From assembly GCA_045578025.1 (NCBI GenBank), contig JAZNJN010000022.1:1-45854 (forward strand): 45,854 nt of DNA, written 5' to 3'. Under the pieces are notes generated by a model, which made no database searches, was not told the origin of the DNA, and saw nothing but the letters and a program-made list of their open reading frames with translations. Made by a program: the position numbers and the translations under genes. Position 1 is the stretch's first letter. Every line of letters begins with the position of its first letter. Of the stretch, positions 30,716 to 39,563 are shown piece by piece. Source of the DNA: Faecousia sp. (GTDB lineage: Bacteria > Bacillota > Clostridia > Oscillospirales > Oscillospiraceae).

Positions 30716-31867
30716 ATGAATATCAAAGAAATCAGCGAGATCCGGCGGCATATCCGCCGGGATCGCAGCAATATGACCGCTATTTGCGGCTGCTATGTGA
30801 ATACAAACAAGGAGATCATTTCCCAATTTCGCCGCAGCACCGGTCTGATGTCGGAAAACGAGGGAGAGAAGTATTTTTCTATAATGAAGCGGGCGCTTTC
30901 CGGTTCTGTGGGTAAGAATCTGATCGATATCACGTTCCGGACTTCTCAGGTGACTGACAGCGAGGAGCATAAGCTGCTGATGGATCTCCGGGCCACGGGG
31001 CTGAAAGATGAGGAAACTCTGCAGAAGTTCTACGGGAAGGTCATCGAGTCTGTTTCTCTGGACGAAAACTATCTGATCCTCATCGGCTGTGACAGCTATG
31101 ATGTTCCCTTTAAGAACAAGAACGATGATTCTGACAGTAACAGGGCTGAGGAAGTATATACCTTCCTGCTTTGCGCAATCTGCCCTGTTAAGCAGACACC
31201 GGCTAAACTTGCCTATATCCCGGAAGAAAAAGAATTCCACGATGGCGGCATTACAAATGTGGTGGCTGCTCCCGAAATCGGTTTTCTGTTCCCGGCCTTC
31301 GACAACCGATCCACCAATATATACAATGCTCTGTATTACACCCACAGCCCCAAGCAGAGCCACGAAGCCTTTGCATCCAGCATCTTCTGCACAGAGATCC
31401 CAAAGCCTGCCTATGAGCAAAAGAAGTCCTTTGAGGCGCTGCTGACCGGATCTCTTGGCGAGGAATGCAGCATGGAAGTAGTGCAGACCGTTCACGAGCA
31501 GATCAGCCAGCGTATCGAGCTGCACAAGGAGAGCAGAGTCCCGGATCCGCTGCTGGTGAGCAAGGATGATGTAAAGGAAGTTTTGTCCTCCTGCGGAGTG
31601 TCAGAGGCTCATGTTGCCAAGTTCAGTATCGATTATGACGAGGCATTTGGCTTTGAAGCCGAGCTTTTCCCGAAAAACATCATCGATGACCGCCGTTTTG
31701 AGATCAAGACTCCGGATGTGTCTATCAAGGTAGCACCCGATAAGGCAGATCTGATTGAAACCCGTGTCATCGGCGGAGTCAAATACATTATGATCTGTGC
31801 AGAAGAGGATGTGGAGGTTAACGGCGTCAGCATCCACATCGGTGATGCCGAAACTGCCCTTGTGTAA
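30716..31867 (+). CDS. DUF4317 family protein
   Basis: KEISEIRR, ICGCYV, LCAICPVK, GFLFPAFDNRSTN and VEVNGV, typical of this clostridial family. Confidence 0.8.
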   Translation: MNIKEISEIRRHIRRDRSNMTAICGCYVNTNKEIISQFRRSTGLMSENEGEKYFSIMKRALSGSVGKNLIDITFRTSQVTDSEEHKLLMDLRATGLKDEETLQKFYGKVIESVSLDENYLILIGCDSYDVPFKNKNDDSDSNRAEEVYTFLLCAICPVKQTPAKLAYIPEEKEFHDGGITNVVAAPEIGFLFPAFDNRSTNIYNALYYTHSPKQSHEAFASSIFCTEIPKPAYEQKKSFEALLTGSLGEECSMEVVQTVHEQISQRIELHKESRVPDPLLVSKDDVKEVLSSCGVSEAHVAKFSIDYDEAFGFEAELFPKNIIDDRRFEIKTPDVSIKVAPDKADLIETRVIGGVKYIMICAEEDVEVNGVSIHIGDAETALV

Positions 31868-31927
31868 TCCATTATTGCTATTTTTTATAAAAGGCTGTAT
31901 AATGGTGCTATTCTGGAGGTGTTCCCC

Positions 31928-32497
31928 ATGAACTTGAAACAATATCTTCGTTATCAGATCGATTTCAGCGGCAAATGGGTACAGCCGTCAGCATTGCTGA
32001 TGGGTCTGGCATTCTTTCTGCGGCTTGTTTATTATCTTTGCCTTATAAGTCTGCACGACTGTGGATTTGGAGAGATTCTATTCTCCATGCTATTGCCGCT
32101 GCTGCTGACCTGCGGTTACATTGTTCTGCTCCGTGTCGTGAAGCTTAATGCACCCGGCATTTACGGTATCATTGGTGCTGCGCTGTGTCTGCTGCTTTTG
32201 ATCAACAGCTTCTGGAGCGACGATCCGCTGCGGATGGCGCTGAGCATCCTTGCTTATCTGGCAGCAGGATTGGTGCTGCTGGCAACAGCGGGGGGATATC
32301 TGCCCGGTAAACTGCTGTCTTCTGTGCTTTTTGCACTGCCTTTGATCGTTAGACTTCTGTTTTACAGCTTTGGAAATTTGGGCATAATCCAGTGGTTTTT
32401 AGAGGCGTCCACCCTGTTTATTCTGGCATCCCTGTTCTGCCTGACCAGAACCTTTACTGAACAGAAAAAGCGTTCCATTGCAAGAAAAAGAGGATAA
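31928..32497 (+). CDS. Hypothetical multi-pass membrane protein
   Basis: About 6 hydrophobic helices; GGAGG RBS; TTGCTA-N17-TATAAT at 31875-31903. Confidence 0.7.
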   Translation: MNLKQYLRYQIDFSGKWVQPSALLMGLAFFLRLVYYLCLISLHDCGFGEILFSMLLPLLLTCGYIVLLRVVKLNAPGIYGIIGAALCLLLLINSFWSDDPLRMALSILAYLAAGLVLLATAGGYLPGKLLSSVLFALPLIVRLLFYSFGNLGIIQWFLEASTLFILASLFCLTRTFTEQKKRSIARKRG

Positions 32498-32498
32498 C

Positions 32499-32530
32499 AA
32501 AAACCGACCATCATTTGATGGTCGGTTTTT
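32499..32530. terminator. Bidirectional terminator
   Basis: AAAAACCGACCATC-attt-GATGGTCGGTTTTT between convergent genes. Confidence 0.88.
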
Positions 32531-32534
32531 TCCT

Positions 32535-33140
32535 TTATTCATCCAAGGTTGCCAGGTCTACAATGATCTGCGCTGCCCGGTCAACACCCACAGTCGCGGT
32601 ATTAAGACAGATATCATAATTCTCCGCTGCGCCCCAGGTCTTACCGGTATAGTGCTGATAATTGATGCTGCGGCGCTTATCCTTTTCCTGCAGCCGTGCC
32701 TGAGGGCTCTTTTCCGACTCGCCGTAAAGACGCACGATGCGATCTGCCCGGAAGTCCATATCCGCATGGATAAAGGCATGGAAGCAATCTTTGCGATCCT
32801 TGAGGATATAGTCTGCATTTCTGCCGACGATCACGCAAGGACCTTTTTCCGCCAACTGCAGAATGGCACTGCATTGAACATTCCAGAGGAAATCCGCAGT
32901 GGAAAGGCCGTTCATGACTCCGGGAACGCCCTGGGGTGCAAAGGCATAGGAAAACAGCGTCTTTCCAGGGGAGTGCTCGCCATGTTCCTCCACAAACTTG
33001 GGGGCAAAGCCGGATTCCAGAGCAATTTGCTCCACCAGTTCCTTATCATAGAAAGGAATACCAAGCTTTTCCGCCACCAAGCGACCGACGGTACGACCGC
33101 CGCTGCCGAACTGACGGCTGATGGTGATGATCTTTTTCAT
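32535..33140 (-). CDS. Cytidylate kinase-like family protein
   Basis: IITISRQFGSGG, PFYDKEL, CVIVGRNADYIL, WGAAENYDICLNT; AAGGAGG RBS before ATG 33140. Confidence 0.87.
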   Translation of the reverse strand: MKKIITISRQFGSGGRTVGRLVAEKLGIPFYDKELVEQIALESGFAPKFVEEHGEHSPGKTLFSYAFAPQGVPGVMNGLSTADFLWNVQCSAILQLAEKGPCVIVGRNADYILKDRKDCFHAFIHADMDFRADRIVRLYGESEKSPQARLQEKDKRRSINYQHYTGKTWGAAENYDICLNTATVGVDRAAQIIVDLATLDE

Positions 33141-33207
33141 GCAGATACCTCCTTTAAGTTTTCTTTCTGATATTATGATAGCATAGGGAAACCGAAAAGT
33201 CAAAGAC

Positions 33208-34197
33208 TCAGTTGGCCCTCTGTTTCTGCACATAATTACTGTTTTCCAGGTGTGGGCGCAGCGAGGGGATGGACATTAAAAAATCCACTGTAACTGCCTC
33301 GTAACGAAGGGGATCCACCATATAGCACAGTCCGTGTCCCGCATCCGGAAACGTATGCAGCCGTGCAGGGGAGGCACAATTTTTGAATATCTCTTTGCTC
33401 ATTTCATAGGGCACAAAGCGGTCATCTTCTCCGTGAAGGAGCAGTGTGGGCACAGACGCCTTCTTTACTGCCATAGATGCAGTGGTCTCCTCCAGATCAA
33501 AACGGCCGTAGATCCACGCACCAAGGCGGATAAATGGGTACGCCAAGGCGTCCGGCAGGTGGCGGTCTCTGCTGACTTTTCGAATAATATCTGCAGGGGA
33601 AGAGTAAGGGCAGTCAGCGATGATCCCCACTACATTTGCAGACATGGGCAAAGCCGCAGCCATTAAGACTGTGGACGCACCCATGGAAAGTCCGGATAGC
33701 ACGATCCTCGTCTCCAGTCCGAAGCGGGCGATCACATATTCCACCCAGCTGAGGCAGTCTTTTCGCTCATAAATGCCAAAAGAGATCACCCGTCCGTCAC
33801 TGCCGCCGTGAGCCCGCTGATCTACTGCCAGAATATTGAATCCCAACTTCCTGCCCAGAATATATCCACCGCTGCAATCCCGCAGCGCCGCGCTCCTGTA
33901 CCCATGAAAAAGGATCAGCACCGGGGCATCGTCTTGTGTGTGATAGTATCTGCCTCGCAAACGCAAACCGTCAAAGGATCGGGTGCTTACCCAATCAAAC
34001 TCTGCCCGATCCATGATCCTTGTGCAGGCAATGATGTTGTCACGAACATCCTCGTACTGCGCTCCGCTGATGGGATAGTAGGGATCATCTTTTCGATTTT
34101 TCGAAGAATAGAAGCAAACATAAAAAGTATAAAAAGATACCGCAAGCACAAATCCAATGATTGCAGCTGCAACCAGAAAAAACCACAGCATAGTCAT
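33208..34197 (-). CDS. Membrane-anchored alpha/beta hydrolase
   Basis: N-terminal TM; HGY, RAHGGS, GLSMG nucleophile, HGEDD, GHG. Start 34197 or 34191. Confidence 0.88.
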   Translation of the reverse strand: MTMLWFFLVAAAIIGFVLAVSFYTFYVCFYSSKNRKDDPYYPISGAQYEDVRDNIIACTRIMDRAEFDWVSTRSFDGLRLRGRYYHTQDDAPVLILFHGYRSAALRDCSGGYILGRKLGFNILAVDQRAHGGSDGRVISFGIYERKDCLSWVEYVIARFGLETRIVLSGLSMGASTVLMAAALPMSANVVGIIADCPYSSPADIIRKVSRDRHLPDALAYPFIRLGAWIYGRFDLEETTASMAVKKASVPTLLLHGEDDRFVPYEMSKEIFKNCASPARLHTFPDAGHGLCYMVDPLRYEAVTVDFLMSIPSLRPHLENSNYVQKQRAN

Positions 34198-34312
34198 CAC
34201 CCGATCATTATCATTTTGTTTATTATACCACATATCAACCAGAAATGTTGTGGTATTTTTCTCTTGTCTGTGATACAATTTATGTGAATTCATTTTGCGG
34301 GGAGGAATCTCT

Positions 34313-34852
34313 ATGAAGAAATCCATTGATGTATTTGACTATGCAGGCGATATCTGCAAAGCCATGAAAAAGGGTATCCTGCTGACTACTAGGGCTGACG
34401 GACAGGTCAATACCATGACCATTGGCTGGGGCATGGTAGGCATTGAATGGGGCAAACCCATCTTTATCGCACTGGTGCGGGAAAGCCGCCACACGAAGAG
34501 TCTCCTTGATACAAACGGAGAATTCACTGTGAATATCCCTTACGGCGACATAGACAGTAAGATCCTCGGCTTCTGCGGCACAAAATCCGGCAGAGATTTG
34601 GATAAAATCAAGGAACTGGGACTGAGCCTTGTTGAGCCGGAATCCATCAGTGTACCGGGAATCCGGGAACTGCCGCTGACCTTGGAGTGCAAGGTACTTT
34701 ACCGTCAGCCTCAGGATCTTTCTTCTATTCCGGAGGATATCCTACAGCGCTATTATCCCCAGGATGTGGATGGCAGCCATCCCGGTAGCAACCGGGATTA
34801 TCACATCGCTTATTACGGTGAGATCGTAAACGCCTATCTAATTACAGAATAA
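34313..34852 (+). CDS. Flavin reductase-like (flavoredoxin) protein
   Basis: NTMTIGWG, VRESRHT, CGTKSGRDLDK, LECKVLY, YHIAYYGEI; GGAGG RBS. Confidence 0.88.
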   Translation: MKKSIDVFDYAGDICKAMKKGILLTTRADGQVNTMTIGWGMVGIEWGKPIFIALVRESRHTKSLLDTNGEFTVNIPYGDIDSKILGFCGTKSGRDLDKIKELGLSLVEPESISVPGIRELPLTLECKVLYRQPQDLSSIPEDILQRYYPQDVDGSHPGSNRDYHIAYYGEIVNAYLITE

Positions 34853-34858
34853 AAGCAT

Positions 34859-34890
34859 GGCACCTCTGCAAGTACAGAGGTGCCGATTTT
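34859..34890. terminator. Terminator between convergent genes
   Basis: GGCACCTCTG-N6-CAGAGGTGCC hairpin with flanking A/T runs. Confidence 0.75.
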
Positions 34891-35349
34891 TTACATATCC
34901 ATAGCTGGATTCATATAGTATACGTTTTTCTGATTCAGCCGCTCCCGGAGCTGCTGGATGGACTCGCCAAACCGCTGGAAGTGAACGACCTCCCGTTCCC
35001 GGAGGAACTTGATCACATCGTTCACATCCGGGTCATCGGAAAGGCGGAGGATGTTGTCGTAGGTGACTCTGGCTTTCTGCTCTGCAGCAAGATCCTCGGT
35101 CAGGTCTGCAATCGGGTCGCCCTTGACCTGCATGGTTGCTGCAGTCCACGGCGTTCCGGATGCGAAGGTGGGATATACGCCAACAGTATGATCCACAAAA
35201 TACTGCTCAAGCGGCGTGCCGACAATATCTTTATCCTTCAAGTTCCGGGTAAGCTGATGCACCAGAGCGCCTACCATTTCAAGGTGCCCCAACTCTTCTA
35301 CGCCGATATCGGTCAGCAATCCCTTTTGTTCACCGGTTGGTACAGCATA
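34891..35349 (-). pseudogene. cotJC: 3' portion of split cotJC (manganese catalase family spore-coat protein); 5' end absent
   Basis: YAVPTGEQKGLLTDIGVEELGHLEMVG...YFVDHT...GDPIADLTEDLAAEQKARVTYDN...FLREREVVHFQRFGE match CotJC from roughly residue 45-50 onward. The N-terminal YEKKLQYPV...QYGGPDGE segment is missing, and similarity stops 10 nt from the recombinase stop codon. Confidence 0.88.
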
Positions 35350-35359
35350 TAAATCGGAA

Positions 35360-36853
35360 TCAGATCTTCCAATCGATCTGAATTTCATTCTCGGAAAGAG
35401 TAATCTTATCCATCAAAGCATTACATACGGTCATTTTATCTTCCAGAACGAGTTCGGGCCATTTAGAAATATAGTTGCTGATTGCCCCTAAAGCCGGTAA
35501 CTTTCTCTCATATTTCCGTAATCTTTCGATGTATCGTGTCCGCTCTTCATCGAGAGCGGTCGCCTTTGCGCTAAGTGACGCCATCAATATACCGCTTGCT
35601 ACCATTGCCTTTTGCGTTGTAAGGTCAATTTCATGCTCCAGTTGTGCGATCCTCGTCTTTAATTGCAGGACTTGAGGATCAGAGGTATTCTCCCGCGGCG
35701 CTGTCAGTGCAGGAAATTGCTCCAGCTTTCTTTTTATCTGTTCAAAAATCAACGATTCTATTTCGTCTGCTTTCAAGCCGTGAATTCCGTCACATTGGTT
35801 GCCGCTCTGCGCCGCCTTGGAACAAATCAAGTATCGGAAGGCTTTTCCGTTTGATTTTACTGTCTTTTGCACAACGATGGCATAACCGCATCGACTGCAT
35901 TTCAGCTTTCCTGCAAGCCATGTGTTTTTTACTTTCTTTTGCCGAACTGCTCCGTCTGCGTTTCTTTGTTTTCTTCTGCAACGAAGCCAAATATCCGAGG
36001 AGATCAACCCTTGATGGGGCGCAATTACCAAATATTGTGCATTTTCCTTATCGGAGTAGAGATAGCATCCGTTTGTGCCGATAAAATCCTCAGGAGGATT
36101 GTAGATCACCGTACCACTCTCCTTGAAATAATCATAGACTGCAAGGTCTGCTTTGACATATGCAGGATTCCTCAGCATCCTTCCTATGTGAGTTCTATTC
36201 CATGTACCGTTTTCCTTTCTGGGATGGCGAATACCGGCATCCTGCAGCGCATTGACCACATCACCCATAGATGTATAGGGTTTTTGATAGATATCGTACA
36301 TGAATTCCAGAATCCCGGCTTCTTCCTCATTGACAATATACCGGGTTGTCTTTTTCCCCTCCAAAAAGTATGGTTCGGTGGAAAAACCGAAGGGTATTTT
36401 TCCGCCCATAAAAAATCCTCGTTTAGATCTTGAATGGTACGCATCGAAGACGCGCTGCTGGATGGTTTCCCGTTCCAGCTGTGCAAAGACAATGCAGATA
36501 TTCAGCATTGCCCGCCCCATAGGGGAGGAGGTGTCAAATTTTTCTGTGCAGGATACAAACTCCACTCCGTATTTTTGAAATTCCTCCATTAAATTGGCAA
36601 AGTCCAGTATAGAGCGGCTGCATCGATCCAGCTTGTAACAAATGACCCGGCAGATCTCACCGTTTCTGATGGCCAACAGCATTTTCTGAAACTCCGGACG
36701 CTCTGTATTTTTACCGCTGTAGCCTTTGTCTTGATAAATGCGGTAGGGGTTACCTCGTGTTTCGTACCTGCAAAGCTCAATTTGACTTTCAATGGAGATA
36801 CTGTCTGCCTTGTCAACAGACTGTCTTGCGTAAATGGCATCTTCTCTTATCAT
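35360..36853 (-). CDS. Large serine recombinase (resolvase + recombinase + Zn-ribbon domains)
   Basis: AIYARQS catalytic Ser, DKGYSGKNTERP, KLDRCSR, FAQLERE, CSRCG...C...C zinc ribbon, coiled coil; intact 497 aa. Confidence 0.95.
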   Translation of the reverse strand: MIREDAIYARQSVDKADSISIESQIELCRYETRGNPYRIYQDKGYSGKNTERPEFQKMLLAIRNGEICRVICYKLDRCSRSILDFANLMEEFQKYGVEFVSCTEKFDTSSPMGRAMLNICIVFAQLERETIQQRVFDAYHSRSKRGFFMGGKIPFGFSTEPYFLEGKKTTRYIVNEEEAGILEFMYDIYQKPYTSMGDVVNALQDAGIRHPRKENGTWNRTHIGRMLRNPAYVKADLAVYDYFKESGTVIYNPPEDFIGTNGCYLYSDKENAQYLVIAPHQGLISSDIWLRCRRKQRNADGAVRQKKVKNTWLAGKLKCSRCGYAIVVQKTVKSNGKAFRYLICSKAAQSGNQCDGIHGLKADEIESLIFEQIKRKLEQFPALTAPRENTSDPQVLQLKTRIAQLEHEIDLTTQKAMVASGILMASLSAKATALDEERTRYIERLRKYERKLPALGAISNYISKWPELVLEDKMTVCNALMDKITLSENEIQIDWKI

Positions 36854-36969
36854 GATTTCTTTTCAAAATACTTCAAAAAGACTTGATAAAGCGTTCTTTC
36901 AATTTCTTTGTGCCTGTTTTCTTTTGTCTGGACAGTCGGGAAGGACGGCTCGATATTGTGGATCTTCAT
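36850..36969 (-). CDS. 39-aa ORF translationally coupled to the recombinase (candidate recombination directionality factor)
   Basis: Not in the ORF track. MKIHNIEPSFPTVQTKENRHKEIERTLYQVFLKYFEKKS*; GGAGGTGA RBS; its TGA overlaps the recombinase ATG (ATGA). Confidence 0.72.
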   Translation of the reverse strand: MKIHNIEPSFPTVQTKENRHKEIERTLYQVFLKYFEKKS

Positions 36970-36991
36970 ATGGATCACCTCCATATGAAGA
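36963..36991. repeat. Perfect 12-bp inverted repeat covering the RBS and start codon of the small ORF
   Basis: TCTTCATATGGA-tcacc-TCCATATGAAGA. Confidence 0.85.
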
Positions 36992-37011
36992 CTATGTTCC
37001 AAGAGCATCAT

Positions 37012-37044
37012 AAAAACACCGACACAAAATTGTGTCGGTGTTTT
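37012..37044. terminator. Terminator of the leuA-like/ligase operon (bidirectional-type)
   Basis: AAAACACCGACACAA-aa-TTGTGTCGGTGTTTT. Confidence 0.88.
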
Positions 37045-37049
37045 GGGGA

Positions 37050-39563
37050 TTATTCGCGGCTATTTCCGGCAGTATCCGCGCCGTCGCCGGTGAGATTCAG
37101 CCGTTTTGCTGCGTCCTCACGCATTTTGTACTTGAGGACTTTGCCTGCAGCATTCATGGGGAAGCCCTCTACAAATTCGATGTAGCGGGGGACTTTGTGC
37201 CGGGCCATGCTGGCCTTGATGTAATCGATCATCTCCTCAACGGTGATGCTGCCCGGCTCTTTCAAAATGATGGACGCCAGAATCTCTTCGCCGTACTTTT
37301 TATCCGGTACGCCAATGACCTGCACATCCTTCACACCGGGATGGGTATAGATGAATTCTTCGATCTCCTTAGGATAGATATTCTCACCGCCGCGGATGAT
37401 CATGTCCTTAAGCCGCCCTGTGATTCGGTATGTGCCATCCACATCCTTGCAGGCCAGATCGCCGGAATGAAGCCAACCCTCTGCATCCACAGTAGAACGG
37501 GTAGCCTCGGGCATTTTGTAATAGCCCTTCATGGTGTTGTAGCCACGGGAGCAGAATTCACCGTTCACCCCCGGAGCGACTTCCTCACCGGTCTCCGGGT
37601 CAATGACCTTACATTCCACATGGGGAAAATCATAACCAACGGTATTCGTGCGCAGATCCAGAGGATCTGTCCATGCGGACATTGTGGAGCCGGGGGAGGA
37701 TTCCGTCTGTCCGTAAACGCTGACGATGCCCCGCATATTCATCTCATCAGGCTGCGCGGCACGGCGCATCAGCTCGGGAGGACAACCTGCACCCGCCATG
37801 ATGCCGGTCCGCATATAGGAAAAGTCAGTCTTGCGGTAATCGGGGTGATTGAACATGGCGATAAACATGGTGGGTACGCCGTTAAAGCAGGTGATCCGCT
37901 CCTGATTGATGCAGGCAAGGCTGGATTTGGCAGAGAAATAGGGCAGGGGGCAGAGGGTGGCGCCGTGGGTCATGGAGGAGGTCATACTCAGCACCATGCC
38001 GAAGCAGTGGAACATGGGGACTTGGATCATCATCCGATCCGCGGTGCTCAGACCCATTCTGTCGCCGATGCACTTGCCGTTGTTGACCACATTATAGTGA
38101 GTGAGCATCACGCCCTTGGGGAAGCCCGTCGTGCCGGAGGTATACTGCATGTTGCAGACATCGTCGGGGCGAACATTGGCAGCCAAGCGGTAAACTTCTT
38201 CTTTGGGAACAAGATCTGCCCGGGCCATGGCTTCTTCAAAGGTCAAACAGCCGGGCTGTTTAAAGTCTACCGTTATCACATTCCGCAGGAAGGGGAGCTT
38301 CTTGCAGTGCAGGGGAGTGCCAGCCTTGCTGTTTGCGATCTCAGGGCAGATCTCGTTAATGATGTTCTTGTAGTTGGAATCCAAGGCAGATTCGATCATC
38401 ACAAGGGTATGGGTATCCGACTGCCGGAGCAGGTACTCCGCCTCGTGAATTTTATAGGCCGTGTTCACAGTTACCAGAACAGCACCGATCTTTGTAGTCG
38501 CCCAGAAGGTGATATACCAGGCAGGAACATTGGTCGCCCAGATGGCCACCTTCATGCCGGGGCGTACGCCCAGAGAGACCAACGCCCGGGCAAAATTATC
38601 CACATCCTCCCGGAACTGCTCATAAGTACGGGTGTAATCCAGAGTCGTATACTTGAACGCATACTGATCCGGGAATTCCGCCACCATTCTGTCCAGCACC
38701 TGGGGGAAAGTAAGGTCGATGAGACTGTCTTTCTTCCAGACATACTGACCCGTACCGTCATGGTTGTAGTAAAGGGATTTCTTTCTGCTCCGGGTGCTGC
38801 CGAAGCGGCTCATGTAGTTGACAAAATGGGGGAAGATAATCTCTTTGTCCTGCAAATCCCGCATCCATTCCGGCTTCCATTCCAAGGAAACAAAGCCGTC
38901 ATAGTTGATGGAAGAAAGGGCAAGGATCATATCGCCCACCGGCAATGTGCCCTCGCCGATCAAATTGTAGGTATGATCGTCATTGGAGTCCCGCAGGTGG
39001 ACATGCTTCACATAGGTACCCAGATTCTTAATGGTGGTATCTGCAGACTCTCCAAAATCCCGGTAGGGATGGTGCATATCCCAAAGAGCGCCCAGCCAGT
39101 CACTGGCAAAGCTTTCCAGCATCTTACGCAACCGTGCGGTATCTGCATAGATGCCGCTGGTTTTAATGAGCAGGGGAATGCCAATCTCCTCCGCTGCGGC
39201 AACAATGGCAGTTAAGTTTTCCGCAACCTGGGCTTCATTATCATGGAGGGCGCAGGCAACCACGTAGGGGACACGGGCATCGTAGGCCACCTGCATCAGA
39301 TCTTTTAACGTCTGTACACAGGCAGTACCATCAGACAGGTCAAGAGAAGTATCAAAGCAGGGGATCCTCAACTTCAGATCCCGCATTTGCCGGACTGTCG
39401 CCGCCACCTTATGCTTATGAAAAGGTCCGCCCCTTTCAAGCATGGGGTCGAATTTCGGCAGATTATAGACTTCAACGCCCTGAAAACCCATATCCAGTGC
39501 GGTTTGAAGTACATCATCCCAGCTTAGATCCGACCAGCCACGGGTAGAAAAGGAGAGTTTCAT
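37050..39563 (-). CDS. Fusion of a xylose-isomerase-like TIM barrel and an AMP-forming acyl-CoA synthetase
   Basis: N-terminal ~255 aa: FSTRGW, GFQGVEV, WDMHH, HVHLRD, GFVSLEW. C-terminal ANL motifs: QYTSGTTGFPKG, YGQTE, WLHSGD, RLKDMIIRGGENIYP, GKV. Confidence 0.88.
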   Translation of the reverse strand: MKLSFSTRGWSDLSWDDVLQTALDMGFQGVEVYNLPKFDPMLERGGPFHKHKVAATVRQMRDLKLRIPCFDTSLDLSDGTACVQTLKDLMQVAYDARVPYVVACALHDNEAQVAENLTAIVAAAEEIGIPLLIKTSGIYADTARLRKMLESFASDWLGALWDMHHPYRDFGESADTTIKNLGTYVKHVHLRDSNDDHTYNLIGEGTLPVGDMILALSSINYDGFVSLEWKPEWMRDLQDKEIIFPHFVNYMSRFGSTRSRKKSLYYNHDGTGQYVWKKDSLIDLTFPQVLDRMVAEFPDQYAFKYTTLDYTRTYEQFREDVDNFARALVSLGVRPGMKVAIWATNVPAWYITFWATTKIGAVLVTVNTAYKIHEAEYLLRQSDTHTLVMIESALDSNYKNIINEICPEIANSKAGTPLHCKKLPFLRNVITVDFKQPGCLTFEEAMARADLVPKEEVYRLAANVRPDDVCNMQYTSGTTGFPKGVMLTHYNVVNNGKCIGDRMGLSTADRMMIQVPMFHCFGMVLSMTSSMTHGATLCPLPYFSAKSSLACINQERITCFNGVPTMFIAMFNHPDYRKTDFSYMRTGIMAGAGCPPELMRRAAQPDEMNMRGIVSVYGQTESSPGSTMSAWTDPLDLRTNTVGYDFPHVECKVIDPETGEEVAPGVNGEFCSRGYNTMKGYYKMPEATRSTVDAEGWLHSGDLACKDVDGTYRITGRLKDMIIRGGENIYPKEIEEFIYTHPGVKDVQVIGVPDKKYGEEILASIILKEPGSITVEEMIDYIKASMARHKVPRYIEFVEGFPMNAAGKVLKYKMREDAAKRLNLTGDGADTAGNSRE

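Larger units (their letters stand above)
35350..37010 (-). mobile_element. One end of a putative cotJC-intervening element (att junction, recombinase, small ORF); distal end not in window
   Basis: Recombinase abuts the truncated cotJC; the segment looks more AT-rich than its flanks by eye; no phage or conjugation genes. The right boundary is unknown. Confidence 0.65.

Noticed and set aside
35303-35312. CCGATATCGG palindrome in cotJC as the att core
   Set aside because: It is explained by the Thr-Asp-Ile-Gly codons and cannot be assigned without the second junction.
35350-35388. ORF-track start giving a 165-aa 'complete' CotJC (MKFRSIGRSDSDL...)
   Set aside because: The first 13 codons are mostly an alternative frame of the recombinase 3' end, with no RBS and no CotJC similarity. 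The product would lack the N-terminal metal-ligand region.
37032-39215. 727-aa plus-strand ORF, and similar long antisense ORFs (1278-2867, 6079-7509, 18978-20162, 23807-25108, 27017-28243, 39752-40942, 42355-43986)
   Set aside because: Each mirrors a well-supported gene on the opposite strand and has no recognisable motifs. These are shadow ORFs caused by codon bias.
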